A stretch of DNA of 64,000 nucleotides from positions 372,001 through 436,000 of the forward strand of contig JAQGDQ010000128.1 of assembly GCA_030141605.1 (NCBI GenBank), written 5' to 3'. Made by a program: the position numbers and the translations under genes. Below, one piece after another: positions 52,201 to 64,000 of this stretch. The notes beneath the pieces were generated by a model that saw only the letters and a list, made by a program, of their open reading frames with translations, did not search any database and was not told the DNA's origin. This stretch comes from Tubiluchus corallicola. Lineage: Eukaryota; Animalia; Priapulida. How positions within the stretch are numbered: position 1 is the stretch's first letter; every line of letters begins with the position of its first letter.

Positions 52201-55200
52201 GTAGGAGAAATTAGAAACTATCTTACCAGATTTGGCATCGAGTCATCAGATGATGGTAGGTAAAGCCAATCCATACATATAATTGAAAACAGGTGGTTAA
52301 ACATTGTTTAGTTGACTAACTGTGTACATTCAAGCTAAAAATTGTAGCTACAGACCTTTATTTCTTCTACACTAGATTAGCTATTGGGTCAAATGTGAGC
52401 TGCTATGTTTACATATTTTTCAAAAAAGTAGTAGTTTGTGATGGCGATGGCAGCAACGGCAATAGTGACAGTCGTAGTGGTAGTGAATGGAATATGATGG
52501 AGTAACAACTGTATTAGTAATAACAGTAATAGCAGTGATAGGAGCAACTTTTCATTTTCTTAAAATATTCCGGTGCATCAGCTGGAATACATATTGCACG
52601 GCAGTGAAGTGGTTAGTCTGTGCACCTCGTTGTATCAGCTTGGTATAGTAATTGCTATCCATCGAAGTGGGAAAATTAATACTAGTATTGTTTTTAGTGA
52701 GTTGCAAAGAACTGAATTATTTGCTAGGCCGGTAGTAAACAACAAGTTTAAATTTTCTCAGTTCAGAAAAATATTCATTTATAAACTAATACTGTTTGCT
52801 ATGCAGTAAACAAAATTTGTAGCGAAAAATTTATTGTGTTTTTTCCATTTGACTTTTTTATTGCGTGTTTGCTTTCGTGTGCATTGCTATATTTAGTCAA
52901 TGGTACAGTTACAGTTACTATGAATAATTTATATGTACACATACAGTACTTTATTTTTGTATGAATGTGATCAAATGAAGAAGCTAAAAACATAAATAGC
53001 ATATCTCGAACTTGCTCGCTATCAGATATCCAGACCAGCAATTAGGCTGTTCTTTTAGTTAAACAACTTAAATGTTGTGTAAATTACTAGGAATTTTCTT
53101 TTCTACTAACCCGGGGCCTTCAAAAAAACTAAGAGTGCTGTCAGCCAACAAAATTTTATTTATGTTGATTATTTAAATCAAAACGAGACCCAACCTTAAA
53201 CCATAGCTCAAAACAATCTACCCTATAAAATATTAAAAAGGAACATACTATTTTTTTAAGAATGACATAAAAGAATTATTTCAAAAACGTAACTTCATGT
53301 TCGCATGGCTAGTTTTTCCTTGTTACATGCATTTAGATGCATTAGCTGGTTAGATGGGCACTAGCACCTGCATCTCGGAGACATGTTGCACAAAACAGCA
53401 CGTGCAGTACCTGTCAGTTCAGAGGTGTTCGGTTGTGACATGGTGTACACGTGTTAGAGCTCATGCGTGAGCATAATGGTAAATTTAAAATTTGCTGAAG
53501 TTTTGTATGTCACAGTAATGCTGTGCTTCAATATTCGCTTTCCAAATATGTGCAACATGCTCGTGGAATGTTGTTTTGTTGAAAATTAATATGTCCAGTT
53601 ATGCTGTCATCACTAGTTGGGCTCACCTGCCATTAATTAAGTTTTTAGCCTATATTTAATTGAAGTCTAACATAATGTCAATAATTTTCGTTGACTGCCC
53701 AATCAGCGTGCAAGTTATTTCACACACCTGCAGAGCTTACTTAACTCAGGTACGTTCGGGACGTTTAGACACAGCTGCTTTTAATACTGTTATGAAAAAT
53801 GTGGGTAAAATATTGGCCTGGTTCTAGATTTTATTATTGTAAATTGAAATTGCAAGTGAAATAGTGGAAATATATAGTCTAGTTATATTCATAGGAAGAA
53901 ATGCACAATGCTTATGTCTATGAGTTTCTGATTAAATCATTTTGCAATCAAGAAAATACGCAGTTTAGTTCAGTTTATGGCTTTGCAAGTTAGATAAAAA
54001 CAACAATTTGATTAACTTTAAATAAGGACAAAACAAAGTGTTTTCTTTTCTGGCCAGTTTTTATAAACCTCAATGAGTTCTTCACAGTCAAAATTAATTC
54101 AAATGTGGTCGAAGCCTATATTATACGTAAATGTAATATTAGTTAATTTTACGCTATTTTTCTGTTTATAATCATGGTTAAAAGATGCCATTGGGACTTA
54201 TGTAACTCGGGTTTCAATATAAGGGTCATCGATGGAATGGACCAATCAAATTTATTCTAAGTTACGTAGCCTAACAGAAAAATACAAAAACTGAATAAAG
54301 CTTGCAGACAAGCACATGATCAGTTAATATAAAAAAAATACGTTGCAGACTTGATGTTCGCATGTTTAAAGGCAAGAGAGACAATAATTTTGTTGCTCAT
54401 TTATTGTAAAGCAAGGCTGACTGGCTTAGTTTCTTTATTATACTTATGTCTCTGTATTTTGTAGTGCATTGAAACTTCGTCCTCTACATTTTGTTTAAAT
54501 TGAAAAGTCATTTTTTGGCTACTTGAAGTGTCAATTTTGTGTAAAAATGGCTGCTGCTCTGCAAATTTGTGTTTATGAAAAAGTGCAATCAATTTATCTG
54601 CTGATTAGATGTTAATTTTGACTGTCATGTTGTTTAGTTTAGTTAGTTTAGTTTAATTTAGACAGTTGTTGTTCAGCGTGAGCTGTTGTCCCGAATGCCG
54701 CTCAGCGTGCTTACGTTACAGCAAAGGCAGAGCGATAAACCAATGTGTTTGGCGTCAATTATCAGGAACGCTTTGGTATTATTATAGATGTAAAAATGTA
54801 TACTTCTTACCGACTTCAAAATGGGGTAGGTTATGAAAAATCATCCTGTTTTCCTTTAAAGCATTCAGAATTTCTTAATCTTTCCCTTTAGAGTGCATGG
54901 TAACTATTGTTACATGTTGACTGGATAGCTATATTTCATAAAATATAATAGTGTATGTTTAACACTTTTGTTTTAGGGTTGCTTATTTATACTTCTTGCG
55001 GGCAATAATGTAATTAAATGCTCGGCACCACTAGTGACATCTACGAGGGGAATTGGTGAGCATTATTTCTATTTTCATGCCTGACTTCCATTTTTGGACA
55101 GCTTTCCACCTCGTTAGCCGCAGTTGTTTTCCTATTTGTATGCTTTTTGTTGTTATTTAGGAAAAGTTTTGTTTCTTATAGTTTTTTCTTTCTGCCAGTA

Positions 55201-58200
55201 CATGAAATGTAAGTGCTTATTGCTAAATATGCGATTATGAGTTCGACTATATTAAGTATTCAGCGCAGAATTGTTCTAATTTGGTAACTACCTTGAGCAA
55301 GACCACCTACTCATTTTAATGCTTTCTGTAGCAGCTCTCTCATTTTTAAGTGAACTTTTGCTGAAGAGAATGGTTCATGCAATGAGACCTTATTTGTTTG
55401 GTCTATTAAATTCTAGAATTGCCTGCCATAGCTAACTTTTACTATTAAATCATATAAACACACACTTGTAACACAAACAATCTCGCGAAAAAATTTTGGT
55501 GTTAAATCAATTTCTTTGCAGCAGTAAGTCCAATAAGTACTGCATTTCTTACTGGCTTTGGGTTGCGTGATCTATTGTGAAATCAAGAACAATTGCAAAA
55601 TAACTTGTGCACTTGATTTTTGGTGCTTATTATATTTATACTTCATACTTTTTCCGACAATACTCAGCTTTTTTATTAAACAAAGGCTTTTTCATGAAAA
55701 ATTAATTTGTTGCTACAAATTGTAACTAATCTGGTATTTATATAATGCCACAGTTAAACATTTTTTTACAATTTTTGTTGCACAAATGCATGTTTTTCTG
55801 TTATTGATGTTGTTTATTATTTATTACTTTCTGGCATGTTCTAGCACTGTTTGACTGTTTTCAAGCTCAGATGTATTACACATTCTCCAATGCAAATGTA
55901 TAACATTGCCATGTGATGTGTATTACATGACGTTGAATATTTTCTGCTGTGCCATTCATCTGGTGCTTTGCGTGTGTTAGCAGTTTTATTGGGTTTGTAA
56001 GGGTTATGGTTTTGTGTTACACAACAGAATAATTTGCCATTGCACAGAGGTCACTGTGCATTTTACTGTAAAATTTAAGATATATAATGAAAAACTGCTG
56101 TTGATGATTTTAAGCTAAGTATTTTGAATGTTTACAATCAGGGTAGTTGTTGAATGTAGTGGTTTAATGTAGATCTTTGTTGGTAAAAATCTCTTTGATT
56201 GTAAAGTAGAAAACATTGTTGCTATGAAACATTCTAGTCTTCAGGTTTACTACAATAATGAATTGTATGGCTTGATTAAATCTTGCGTTCAAACAGCATT
56301 ATCTAAATTACAATTACTGTAGAGTGGCTCTCCGTCTCTAAATCAGTTTGCCATGTTTGCATTTATGTGCAAACTACCAAAACGCTACAGGAAGTGCTGT
56401 ATAAGCGTCCTGATTAATTGCATCTCCAAACAGTTCTTTAGAAAGGGTGAAATAGTTCATTTCTTCATTTTACTTTGGCTATCTAATTGGCAATTAGGCT
56501 AAGAATTTTAAGATGATGTCTAGCTTCCAGGTCTCTTTATTTGTATTCGTGTTTCTTTTTCATTCAGTCAGTACAGTCTGAAAATTTATTTTTGCTTTTA
56601 AGTCACTGTGTCAGTGTTGTACTTTTTGGTTTCTCATTTAATTACTAGTGAAGATTAAAAGGCCATAGCAAGTAAATACAGTATCTTGCTATTACAAAAC
56701 CAAGACCGAGAGTCAAAACTCCTCATATTTTATCTATTTTGTTACATTTTTTAATATATATATATATATAAATATATATAAATCATCCCCCACAAGGCCG
56801 GTCCATTCGAGGTAAGAGCTACAGTGAAAAGTGAATATTAGTCGAGAGAAACGGACTTCGTACATCTAATTTGTTAGTAACAGAAGGTATTTGTTGAAGT
56901 CCTTTTTGAATTGAATTGATATGGTTGAGGTTACAGCTAACAGATGACTGGTATAGAATTCCACAGGGAAGAAGTCCGAGGAAAAAACTGTACTTGTAAG
57001 CAGTTACATAAATAAAGAAACTACAGGTTGCAAAATAACAGCAATACGTACACTGGTTCTACTTCAAAATGAAAACCCCAATATTTGAAATCCAGACTGA
57101 ACTTTAAATTTTATACTATACAGATCAAAATCCATTCACTTACTCTGCTTTTGAGTTACTGTAGGGAGCAAGTGTAAAAATAATCGTCTCCCAAATTTTA
57201 ATAGATTTTAAGTAGATTGTGTACTGCGTACACACCCAAATTTTGTACAGCTACTGTCAAAATAAATCATTTCCTGTTTTTTAAATGTTGCGCGAAGTAT
57301 ATTTTACTCTAATACCACAGTTCTTAAAAAAACTTATAGGTGAGCCACTCTAATTTGTGCACCTATTTTTTTTGTTTTTGATTTAGTGTTATTCTAAGCA
57401 GAATGATAATTGTATTTTTCAGTCAGTGTTTTGATATGTCTCTGTGTAAGTCAACCATTAATGCTTATAAGCTCCCATGCTATTGATTTTCAAACTACGT
57501 GTAAAATACAGAGATTTACGTTTCTATGGGTTGCTGAGTTTACAATTTCTCTTGTAGAGCTGCATTTCCTGCTGCTGATATTTGAGTTATTTGCCGTCTC
57601 TGTCGCAGCTCGAATCTACTATCGACGCATCAGCCTTCCTGGGATGAATAGGATAACACAAAAATTGACAGATGGAGAAATGGTGTGCACAACGAATGAA
57701 CCTATACCAACCATTAGTCGGTTATGATCTGTTCGACTGAAAGCATTTTCAATATTTGTCAGCAAATATCTGATAACAGTATTACTTTGGCTATTCTGCT
57801 ACTATAAAGCAGTGAGAGGACTAGTGTTCATCTGTTCATACCCTGTGCTGATGACTGAATATAAAAATTTGAGAACACAGCTTAGGGTAAAAATTAACTG
57901 AAAGCATATAAAGGTGTGTGCATATCCAGATGTTATTGATACTTAAAATTGGAACAATATTGTGGACACTTGGATTTCTTAGATTACTGCATCATTGTAC
58001 TACTGAACTCTTATTTTATTATGCCAAATAACTTTTGGAACTTGATGGCCTGGTTTAGTGTGGATTTCACTGGTATATGCTCCTGCCTTTGCTGCCTTTA
58101 AACATATTTATTGTGATACCATAGAATACTGTGATACAGTGTCGTGGCTTCAACGTGTTTTGTAATATTGTAGGACTGAAGTCGTGGAGTACTTAATTTG

Positions 58201-61087
58201 TTACTTAAGTCGGTGCCGCTTAATAGACTCACTTTGGGATCAACGTGTTTTGACCTAATTAACTGACTAAACCTATTAACCGATGGGTTATTAGAGGTAT
58301 TTACAGGCATAGAACTATGAGTCATTAGCTTACTATGCACTGCAAAGGTTTTCATTGAATTTTAGAAACGAAGTAAAGCCTAAATTCCTTTGTGCAGTTA
58401 AAAATTAGAAAAAATATTTTAAAATATTAATATTAATATTAATAATTCCTTTTTCATACGAAATAAACTCATAATAATAATTTATATAAATGAATTAGCA
58501 ATAAATTAAAAAAGTATACTAAATCACAGACTTTTTTAAGTCTGTATATTTGCAAAAATTACAAAAATTCCTTCAAAGTCGGTTGCTTCATTTTCTCACG
58601 AAGAAGTTGACCCACAGTGTTCTCGTAATTATAAAAATGTTGAAAATCTGTTGTTTGTGTGTGTGTGACTAAAACAGTTCTGAATCGTCTGCTCACTTAC
58701 TGCGCCCTTGTAAGTCACAAGGAAATCCGGCTGACTACTGTACCTGCATCTTTGACTATTAACTCATTAAGCCTGAAAGCGTGATTTACAACTAGAGCAT
58801 CAAAAGGAAACCGCTAGACAAAGAAAAGTGATTAAATGTTTAGCTTCCAGAAATTCTTTGGGTAACAGTGGGCGAGCCGGTAACAGATTCAAAGCAAAAC
58901 CGCTTCGCTAGCTTATTAGTGCATGATAAATGTACCTGCTTATAAACAAAACAGTACTTAACATGATTGTTTCTGCATGCATAGTGTACAAAAGGGAAGT
59001 AAAGATGCCATAAAAGTAGGAAAGGCTCTTTTGGCACATACAAATATCTTATTTTAAGTAGCTGAAGAAAAAGTATTGAGTTAATTATGCAGAGTTATTT
59101 GAGTCAATTACCGATAGTTTTTATGAGTATTTGAATAGATGCAGCCAGTTGGGTGTTTTGAGTCAATTAAGCAATTGAGTTTATTAACCGTGAGTCTATT
59201 AAGCGGCACCTACTGTGTATGGCAACTAACAATGCAAACTATTTAATGGTGATTAATTTGTGGAAGTGCAGTATACAATATATCAGAATGAGTGCTATGA
59301 TACAGAATCAAAATGCTTTTATTCATGCTAGTCATCATTTAGAACTTGACTTAAGGCTATAGACAGCATTGCAGGAAGTTGTCTAGTCAAGAATTGTCTA
59401 CTTATGTATTTTACATTATTACAGTTTTATAAATTTAGTGTCTCTACTTGATCATAAATAATCCCATCTAGTCGTCAACATGCATTTTTTGAGAAATCTT
59501 ATTTTTAAGTTTAGGTCAATTGTAATGTAATTTTATTTTTCATATTTGATCCAATCGTAATTGAAATTTATACCTCGCACTTCTAGGCTGAAGTTTGTGT
59601 TGGATAATTGTTAGTTAATATAATTATGGTATTGGTTGGTGGCATGTATTGATAATTATTAGTGAAGTAATTTGGGTGTTTTATGAAAAAGGATGAAACT
59701 GTGACAATATTTTGGATTTTGAAACTTGAGTCAACTGTTGGATTGTTTGCTGTACTAGCAAAATGTGTTCTGTGAGTCACAAAATTGTTAAATTAAGACG
59801 TGGGATTCTTATGCACTTCAATTTTTTGCTTGTACTTTTTCATTTATTACATACCATGATAATAGTAGCACAACATTTTTGCATTTACTGGAGTGGAGTC
59901 CTCAGCATTGCGGTCGCACATATTTGTGCATTACCTTTTTACTGATGAGCATTGGTTCATAATAATAGTTCATTCTCCAGCATTTTTGTAGTTGTACACA
60001 ATTTCGATATTACATTCAACAGGGTATTTATACAGATGATTATTTTATCTATGCACCTGTTATTCCTGTTAGAATGTATTTTGAAAATTAATTTGGTGAA
60101 GCATCTGCATACTCAATGATGGGAAACAGTTTATAAAATAAATAAATATTGTGAACTTAGAATTATTTTATTTATTATATATTCTGCGATTAATTAGTTG
60201 TTCTTGTTAGTTATCACAGTACAAGATTACTCAACAACTTTACAACTTGGGATTACATGTGAAGAGCTTTTTGTTTGTTAATTTCAGCTTGCGCTGGTAT
60301 ACAAAGAATATTTTTGCTTGTAACAGTTTTGTGCTGTTACTGTGTAGTGTGTACATTTATTTTACAGTTCTTCAGCTGATATGTGCATGTGCAACAACAA
60401 TTGTGACTTTGTTTTTTTTTTGATAATGTTTGTAAAGCTTGGTGAATAATTTTCATTGGTGCTTTTTTACTACATGTAAGTATGGCAGTATTTTTAAACA
60501 CCTCTGTATGTCTCCTGTCGAGTGTATCCATCCGAAACCTTGTGGTTGTATAGATTCTTAATGTATGGTTTATATTCTTATAAAAGTTTTCACTGTTCAT
60601 CAACTATGCTCCAATGAATGTCATTTGTTTCAGTTTTCATTTTAGAAAATAATAACAAAGAAAATTACATAAGTAAACAGTTTTACTGCTGATGGTAAAC
60701 AATTTTTGTAATGCTTTAATTTGAAGCTACCAAGAGCTATATTTATTAATTCAGACTTTCAGTAAAGATTGTCATATTTGCATATATTAATTTTCTGAGT
60801 CATATTACTGATGATTTGTTTTTCATTGGTGTGGATGTTGTTAATTTTGAGGATTTCTTGTTAGTTACACAGTTATATTTTTAAATTTCACTTCTTCCGT
60901 TTCAGAGCTGCATCATCTTCTGCTAGTATTTGAGATGTTTGTTGTGTCTGTGATTGCTCGTGGTTACTACAGGAAAATTGTTGACTTGCCACATTGCATA
61001 CTCCGGCAACAGAGTGATAATGAGGATCAGTCTGGAGAAGATGAACTCAGTGACCATGACGAGTGTGATCAGCTGGCGCATTTCTGA
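43228..61087 (+). CDS. slc51a-like: Organic solute transporter alpha-like (SLC51A/TMEM184 family) 7-TM protein, ~334-339 aa, alternatively spliced
   Basis: Exons 43228-43306, [44394-44548 or 44608-44765], 46505-46578, 46979-47140, 49341-49452, 50026-50114, 51389-51473, 54977-55055, [57558-57727 or 60906-61087]; all phase-consistent. Motifs LLGLYPVFS, FIPRA, DYFGG, Cys cluster PVGCVLCC, VLQ..ILHP, KF...Q, FE....ARxYYR. Confidence 0.88.
44394..44548 (+). CDS. OSTalpha-like exon 2a
   Basis: CAG|AG ATG ACA: EMTRPGFILSSVILLLASVTFLIYIDEVLFVRK...LLGLYP|GTAAGT. Confidence 0.88.
44608..44765 (+). CDS. OSTalpha-like exon 2b (tandem paralogue of 2a)
   Basis: CAG|AG ATG AGT: EMSRAGFVLSTVVFLLASTTLLIYLDEVHFIRK...LLGLYP|GTAAGT. 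Confidence 0.88.
47408..47700. repeat. Intronic tandem duplication, ~165-bp period, 2 copies
   Basis: TGGCCAATGTTT...TACTTAGTGGCATATCACTAGCTTAA...GAACCCTAG repeated at ~47408 and ~47573. Confidence 0.85.
53658..54760 (-). mobile_element. Non-autonomous TIR element (AATTGACGTC ends), copy 2, longer internal variant
   Basis: Ends AATTGAAGTCTAACATAATG / GTGTTTGGCGTCAATT. Homologous to 14064-14704, with ~450 bp of extra internal sequence. Confidence 0.8.
56755..57010 (-). mobile_element. CR1/L2-type LINE 3' end
   Basis: Minus strand reads YKYSFFPRTSSLWNSIP, a characteristic CR1/L2 ORF2 terminus, followed by an AT-repeat tail. Confidence 0.7.
57558..57727 (+). CDS. OSTalpha-like terminal exon 9a
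   Basis: TAG|AG CTG CAT: ELHFLLLIFELFAVSVAARIYYRR...TISRL*. Confidence 0.85.
58207..59215 (-). mobile_element. pogo/Tigger-like internally deleted transposon
   Basis: TIR (C/A)AGT(A/C)GGTGCCGCTTAATAGACTCAC at both ends. Minus-strand relic REKMKQPTLKEFL* resembles pogo/Tigger transposase C-termini. Confidence 0.7.
60906..61087 (+). CDS. OSTalpha-like terminal exon 9b (paralogue of 9a with acidic tail); coding frame absent from the ORF track
   Basis: TTTCAG|AG CTG CAT: ELHHLLLVFEMFVVSVIARGYYRKIVDLP...SDNEDQSGEDELSDHDECDQLAHF*. Confidence 0.85.
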
Positions 61088-63309
61088 TACCCGAAAAAAT
61101 TTGCATCTGCACCAGCAACCTGCTAGCTACTACATGCATAGGTGCAATGTGTTGTATGCGTGTGACTGGAAATGAGATTTTAAGAGCTCTAGTGAGCCAC
61201 TTATCTTCACTGCAACCATGTCATGATTACATAATCACGTCACTATTGCTAGTGTTGCATTTACTGCTGTTTTGACATTTATTGCCATTGCAATATTTCC
61301 TGGATTTTTTATACTTTTGTGTCATTCATTTCTGATGTAAATAGTGAGTCTTAAGTCAATTCAAACTCATATGTAAGATAACCTACTTTGTGTCTATTCT
61401 GCTGTAATGCGGTCAAAACAGTATTTTATGAGATAGAATAATTGTTATTAATAATCAAGATCAGCTGTAATTCTAAAATGTGTGTGGCCGAGTTATTAAC
61501 GGTGATGTCGTTCACCCGACACATGCCGTACAAGTCAACTGAAAGCAGGTCTGGTGCTTCTGAAATAAGCGACGTAATGCAACTCAAGGGAGGCCTGTAT
61601 ATCAGTTGCTCTTCAAATTATCATTGAAGGCAGCCTAAAATATAAGACTTTCTAAATCTGTATAGCCAAACAAATGGTTTGTTTGTTGCTTTTCAGGCTA
61701 ACAAAAATGTATTAGAATGAATTTGTGTTAATGCAGCAGCTATGTAATGTCTGGAGCTTAATTTATACAATGTACATTGTTACACATTGTACAATGCACA
61801 AACTCTAGTATATTGTGTAAATTTTCAATTTTATAAACTCCTTTTTTACAGGATGCATTCTGCTATTCAACGTGTCTTTTATTTTGTGCCAAATGTCAAT
61901 TGATCACTGATTAGTTTTATTAGTACCATATCATATAAATTTATTATTACTTGTCCTGGATCACTCTTATACACCATTGTTATATATGAAAGTGCATCGA
62001 GTAAGTGAGGTCTATGCATTTAACGTCTGCTTTTGCAGTTTTATCTTCGAGACCGATGAAGTTTATGGCTTTTTGCAAACCAACCTTACTAAGTGTTTAC
62101 TTTAAAGACAATGACAGCTCATGTGACATGAATATGGTGTACCAATTGTACAAAAATTTTTAACGGAGTGCCAAAAACTGAAAATGTGTGTATAGCGAAT
62201 ATGTGTATTGGCTATTATTATGTGCTTGTGTTTTCATTTGTTTTGTTATTGATTGTGGAGTTTTGAATGTGTGAGTTAAGTCATTGTCAAAGTAACTGGA
62301 GACAAAAGCTGCAAACTCGTACGAAAACTAGGAGCAAATTTTAATGTTATTCATATACGCACTGAATTTGTGGCATGCTGATCCTCTTAGTCATAGTATC
62401 ATAGCTAACTAAAATATTCTGTTATGTCAGTCAAATCATGTGAAATTAAGGCCTTCAACAAGGGTAGAACAATGTACAGGACAATTATAAAAAAATTAAT
62501 ATGAGATATCTAGAAATTGTGGCACAACAGCCTCAGCCTCCATCACATGCTAATTTATGTTTTTACAGCATCACAGATCTTTAGCTGATTTAATGCTCGT
62601 GCCGTTCTTACTGCATACAATTACCCATTGCATAAAAACTCCAATTGTTTAATATACTATATACTCTAATATTTTTAGCAAGCCTGTAAATATAGTGATG
62701 CAACAACACTTCCTGCTTATTATAATAAACTGCTATTGCATTAGTGTTATTGTCCTCATGAGGCAAATTGTATGTTGTGTCTTCTGAATTAGCTGAAATG
62801 AATATGTAATTATGCATTATTTTCATGTGCTATCGAACAAAGTCTTTGTTAATTAAATTTTTGTATGCTTTACTGTAAAGCTTAATTTTGTACGTTTTGT
62901 AAAAATTCCTAGAAAACGTGTTTAGGGCATTTTCCCTAAGCACATTATGTTTGTCATTAATGCTAAAATCAACGCTATCTTATTATGCAGTCATATGCCG
63001 TGTATGTGCGACGAAGTAAAACATTCAGGTTATCATGTAGTGGAAATTGTGATTATTAAGTTTACATTTGAATTATAATGTACATACATTGTACGACTCC
63101 AACTTGAAAACTTCTAATTTATTCCTCCCTTTTTGCATTAGTTCTAAATCGATGTTCATTGTTTTTTATGCATAATATTTCACGTATGAAATATAAATTA
63201 ATGTACCTACCATTTTACAGTGCAAAATAAATCGAGATTATTATTATCATCTCTTATTTTTTGTGCTTGTACTGTTGAAAATATATAAGAGTATTTCACA
63301 GGTTATCAT

Positions 63310-63713
63310 TAGGGGTGAGCATCGAACGTTCGAATTGAATTCGAACGCTCGAATTCGATTCGAACGAGTTTTTTTTAGTTCGAACTCGATTCGAATCCAA
63401 AACTATAGATTCGAATAAATCAGCACTTCAAAAACACATGCTCTTTATCACTAAAACGATTGAAACATCATGAAATTAGCACAATTTAGCTGTGATTTCT
63501 GCGCACAATTTTAAAGAAATTACTAGTCGTTTTATTGCAGAACAAAATCTAGTGATATGCACGATCTTTGTAAGACAAATGTTTGCTGGTGGTTCGAAAA
63601 TCTTTCGATCTCAATTCGAATTCGAAACACTGAAGTTCGGTTCGATTCGAATTCGAAAGTCACAAATTCGGTTCGATTCGAATTCGCTTTCTGGTAGAGA
63701 ATGCTCACCCCTA
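63310..63713. mobile_element. hAT-type MITE (404 bp) with TTCGAA-rich subterminal arrays
   Basis: TIR TAGGGGTGAGCAT / ATGCTCACCCCTA. Perfect 8-bp TSD GTTATCAT at 63302-63309 and 63714-63721. Confidence 0.92.
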
Positions 63714-63737
63714 GTTATCATGAGTTTCAGTTTATGA

Positions 63738-64000
63738 TCATGGAACAAATATCGTGTTCAACGAAACAAGGTCACAGCCTTGAAAAGGCAGGCCATTACA
63801 AACTATTTTATTGAAAGGTGTACCGGGGGGCCGAAATCAAAGGACTTTTGGCCAACCATCAAACCTTTCTTGAGTAAAAATTCAAAATCTGGGCAGGATA
63901 TTTGCCTCCTGGAAAATGATTCTGTCGTATCTGACCCTATTCGTTCTGCGATTTGCTCTATGATCATTTCTCTAAAGTAGCAAAGGACATCGGTAGAGAA
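63738..64000 (+). mobile_element. CR1/L2-type LINE ORF2 fragment (linker between endonuclease and RT), runs off the window
   Basis: EQYRVQRNKVTALKRQAITNYF...KDFWPTIKPFLSK...ICLLENDSVVSDP, then a frameshift. Confidence 0.7.

Noticed and set aside
57422-57446. Possible micro-exon (TTTCAG...GTAAGT) before exon 9a
   Set aside because: Not needed for the frame or family alignment; no support without transcript data.
63320-63690. Heat-shock elements in the TTCGAA-rich arrays
   Set aside because: Spacing is TTC-GAA without the 2-nt spacer needed for nTTCnnGAAn arrays.

Overview
AT-rich, intron-rich animal (invertebrate-like) genomic DNA. Most listed ORFs are spurious; the real genes are spliced, and I reconstructed them by hand from GT-AG sites and reading-frame phase. 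In order: (1) a decayed LINE and the 3' exons of a single-pass membrane protein gene (2.9-4.0 kb); (2) a 7-exon, ~1224-aa gene for a secreted, possibly GPI-anchored protein with five tandem capped LRR-like modules encoded on circularly permuted, symmetric phase-1 exon cassettes (5.4-16.9 kb), plus an orphan pseudo-cassette downstream; (3) an RTE-type retroposon with a twin-priming-style 5' inversion; (4) an Angel (ANGEL2-like, EEP family) gene, + strand, ~580 aa, tail-to-tail with (5) a vasohibin gene, - strand, ~279 aa, carrying a U12-type intron; (6) an OSTalpha/SLC51A-like 7-TM transporter gene with a duplicated mutually exclusive exon pair and two duplicated alternative terminal exons. Introns and spacers hold many non-autonomous DNA transposons (hAT, Harbinger-like, pogo-like, TG...CA Ginger-like), LINE remnants and microsatellites. 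No RNA genes or CRISPR arrays were found. The most novel features are the LRR cassette gene and the exon-duplicated OSTalpha-like gene.
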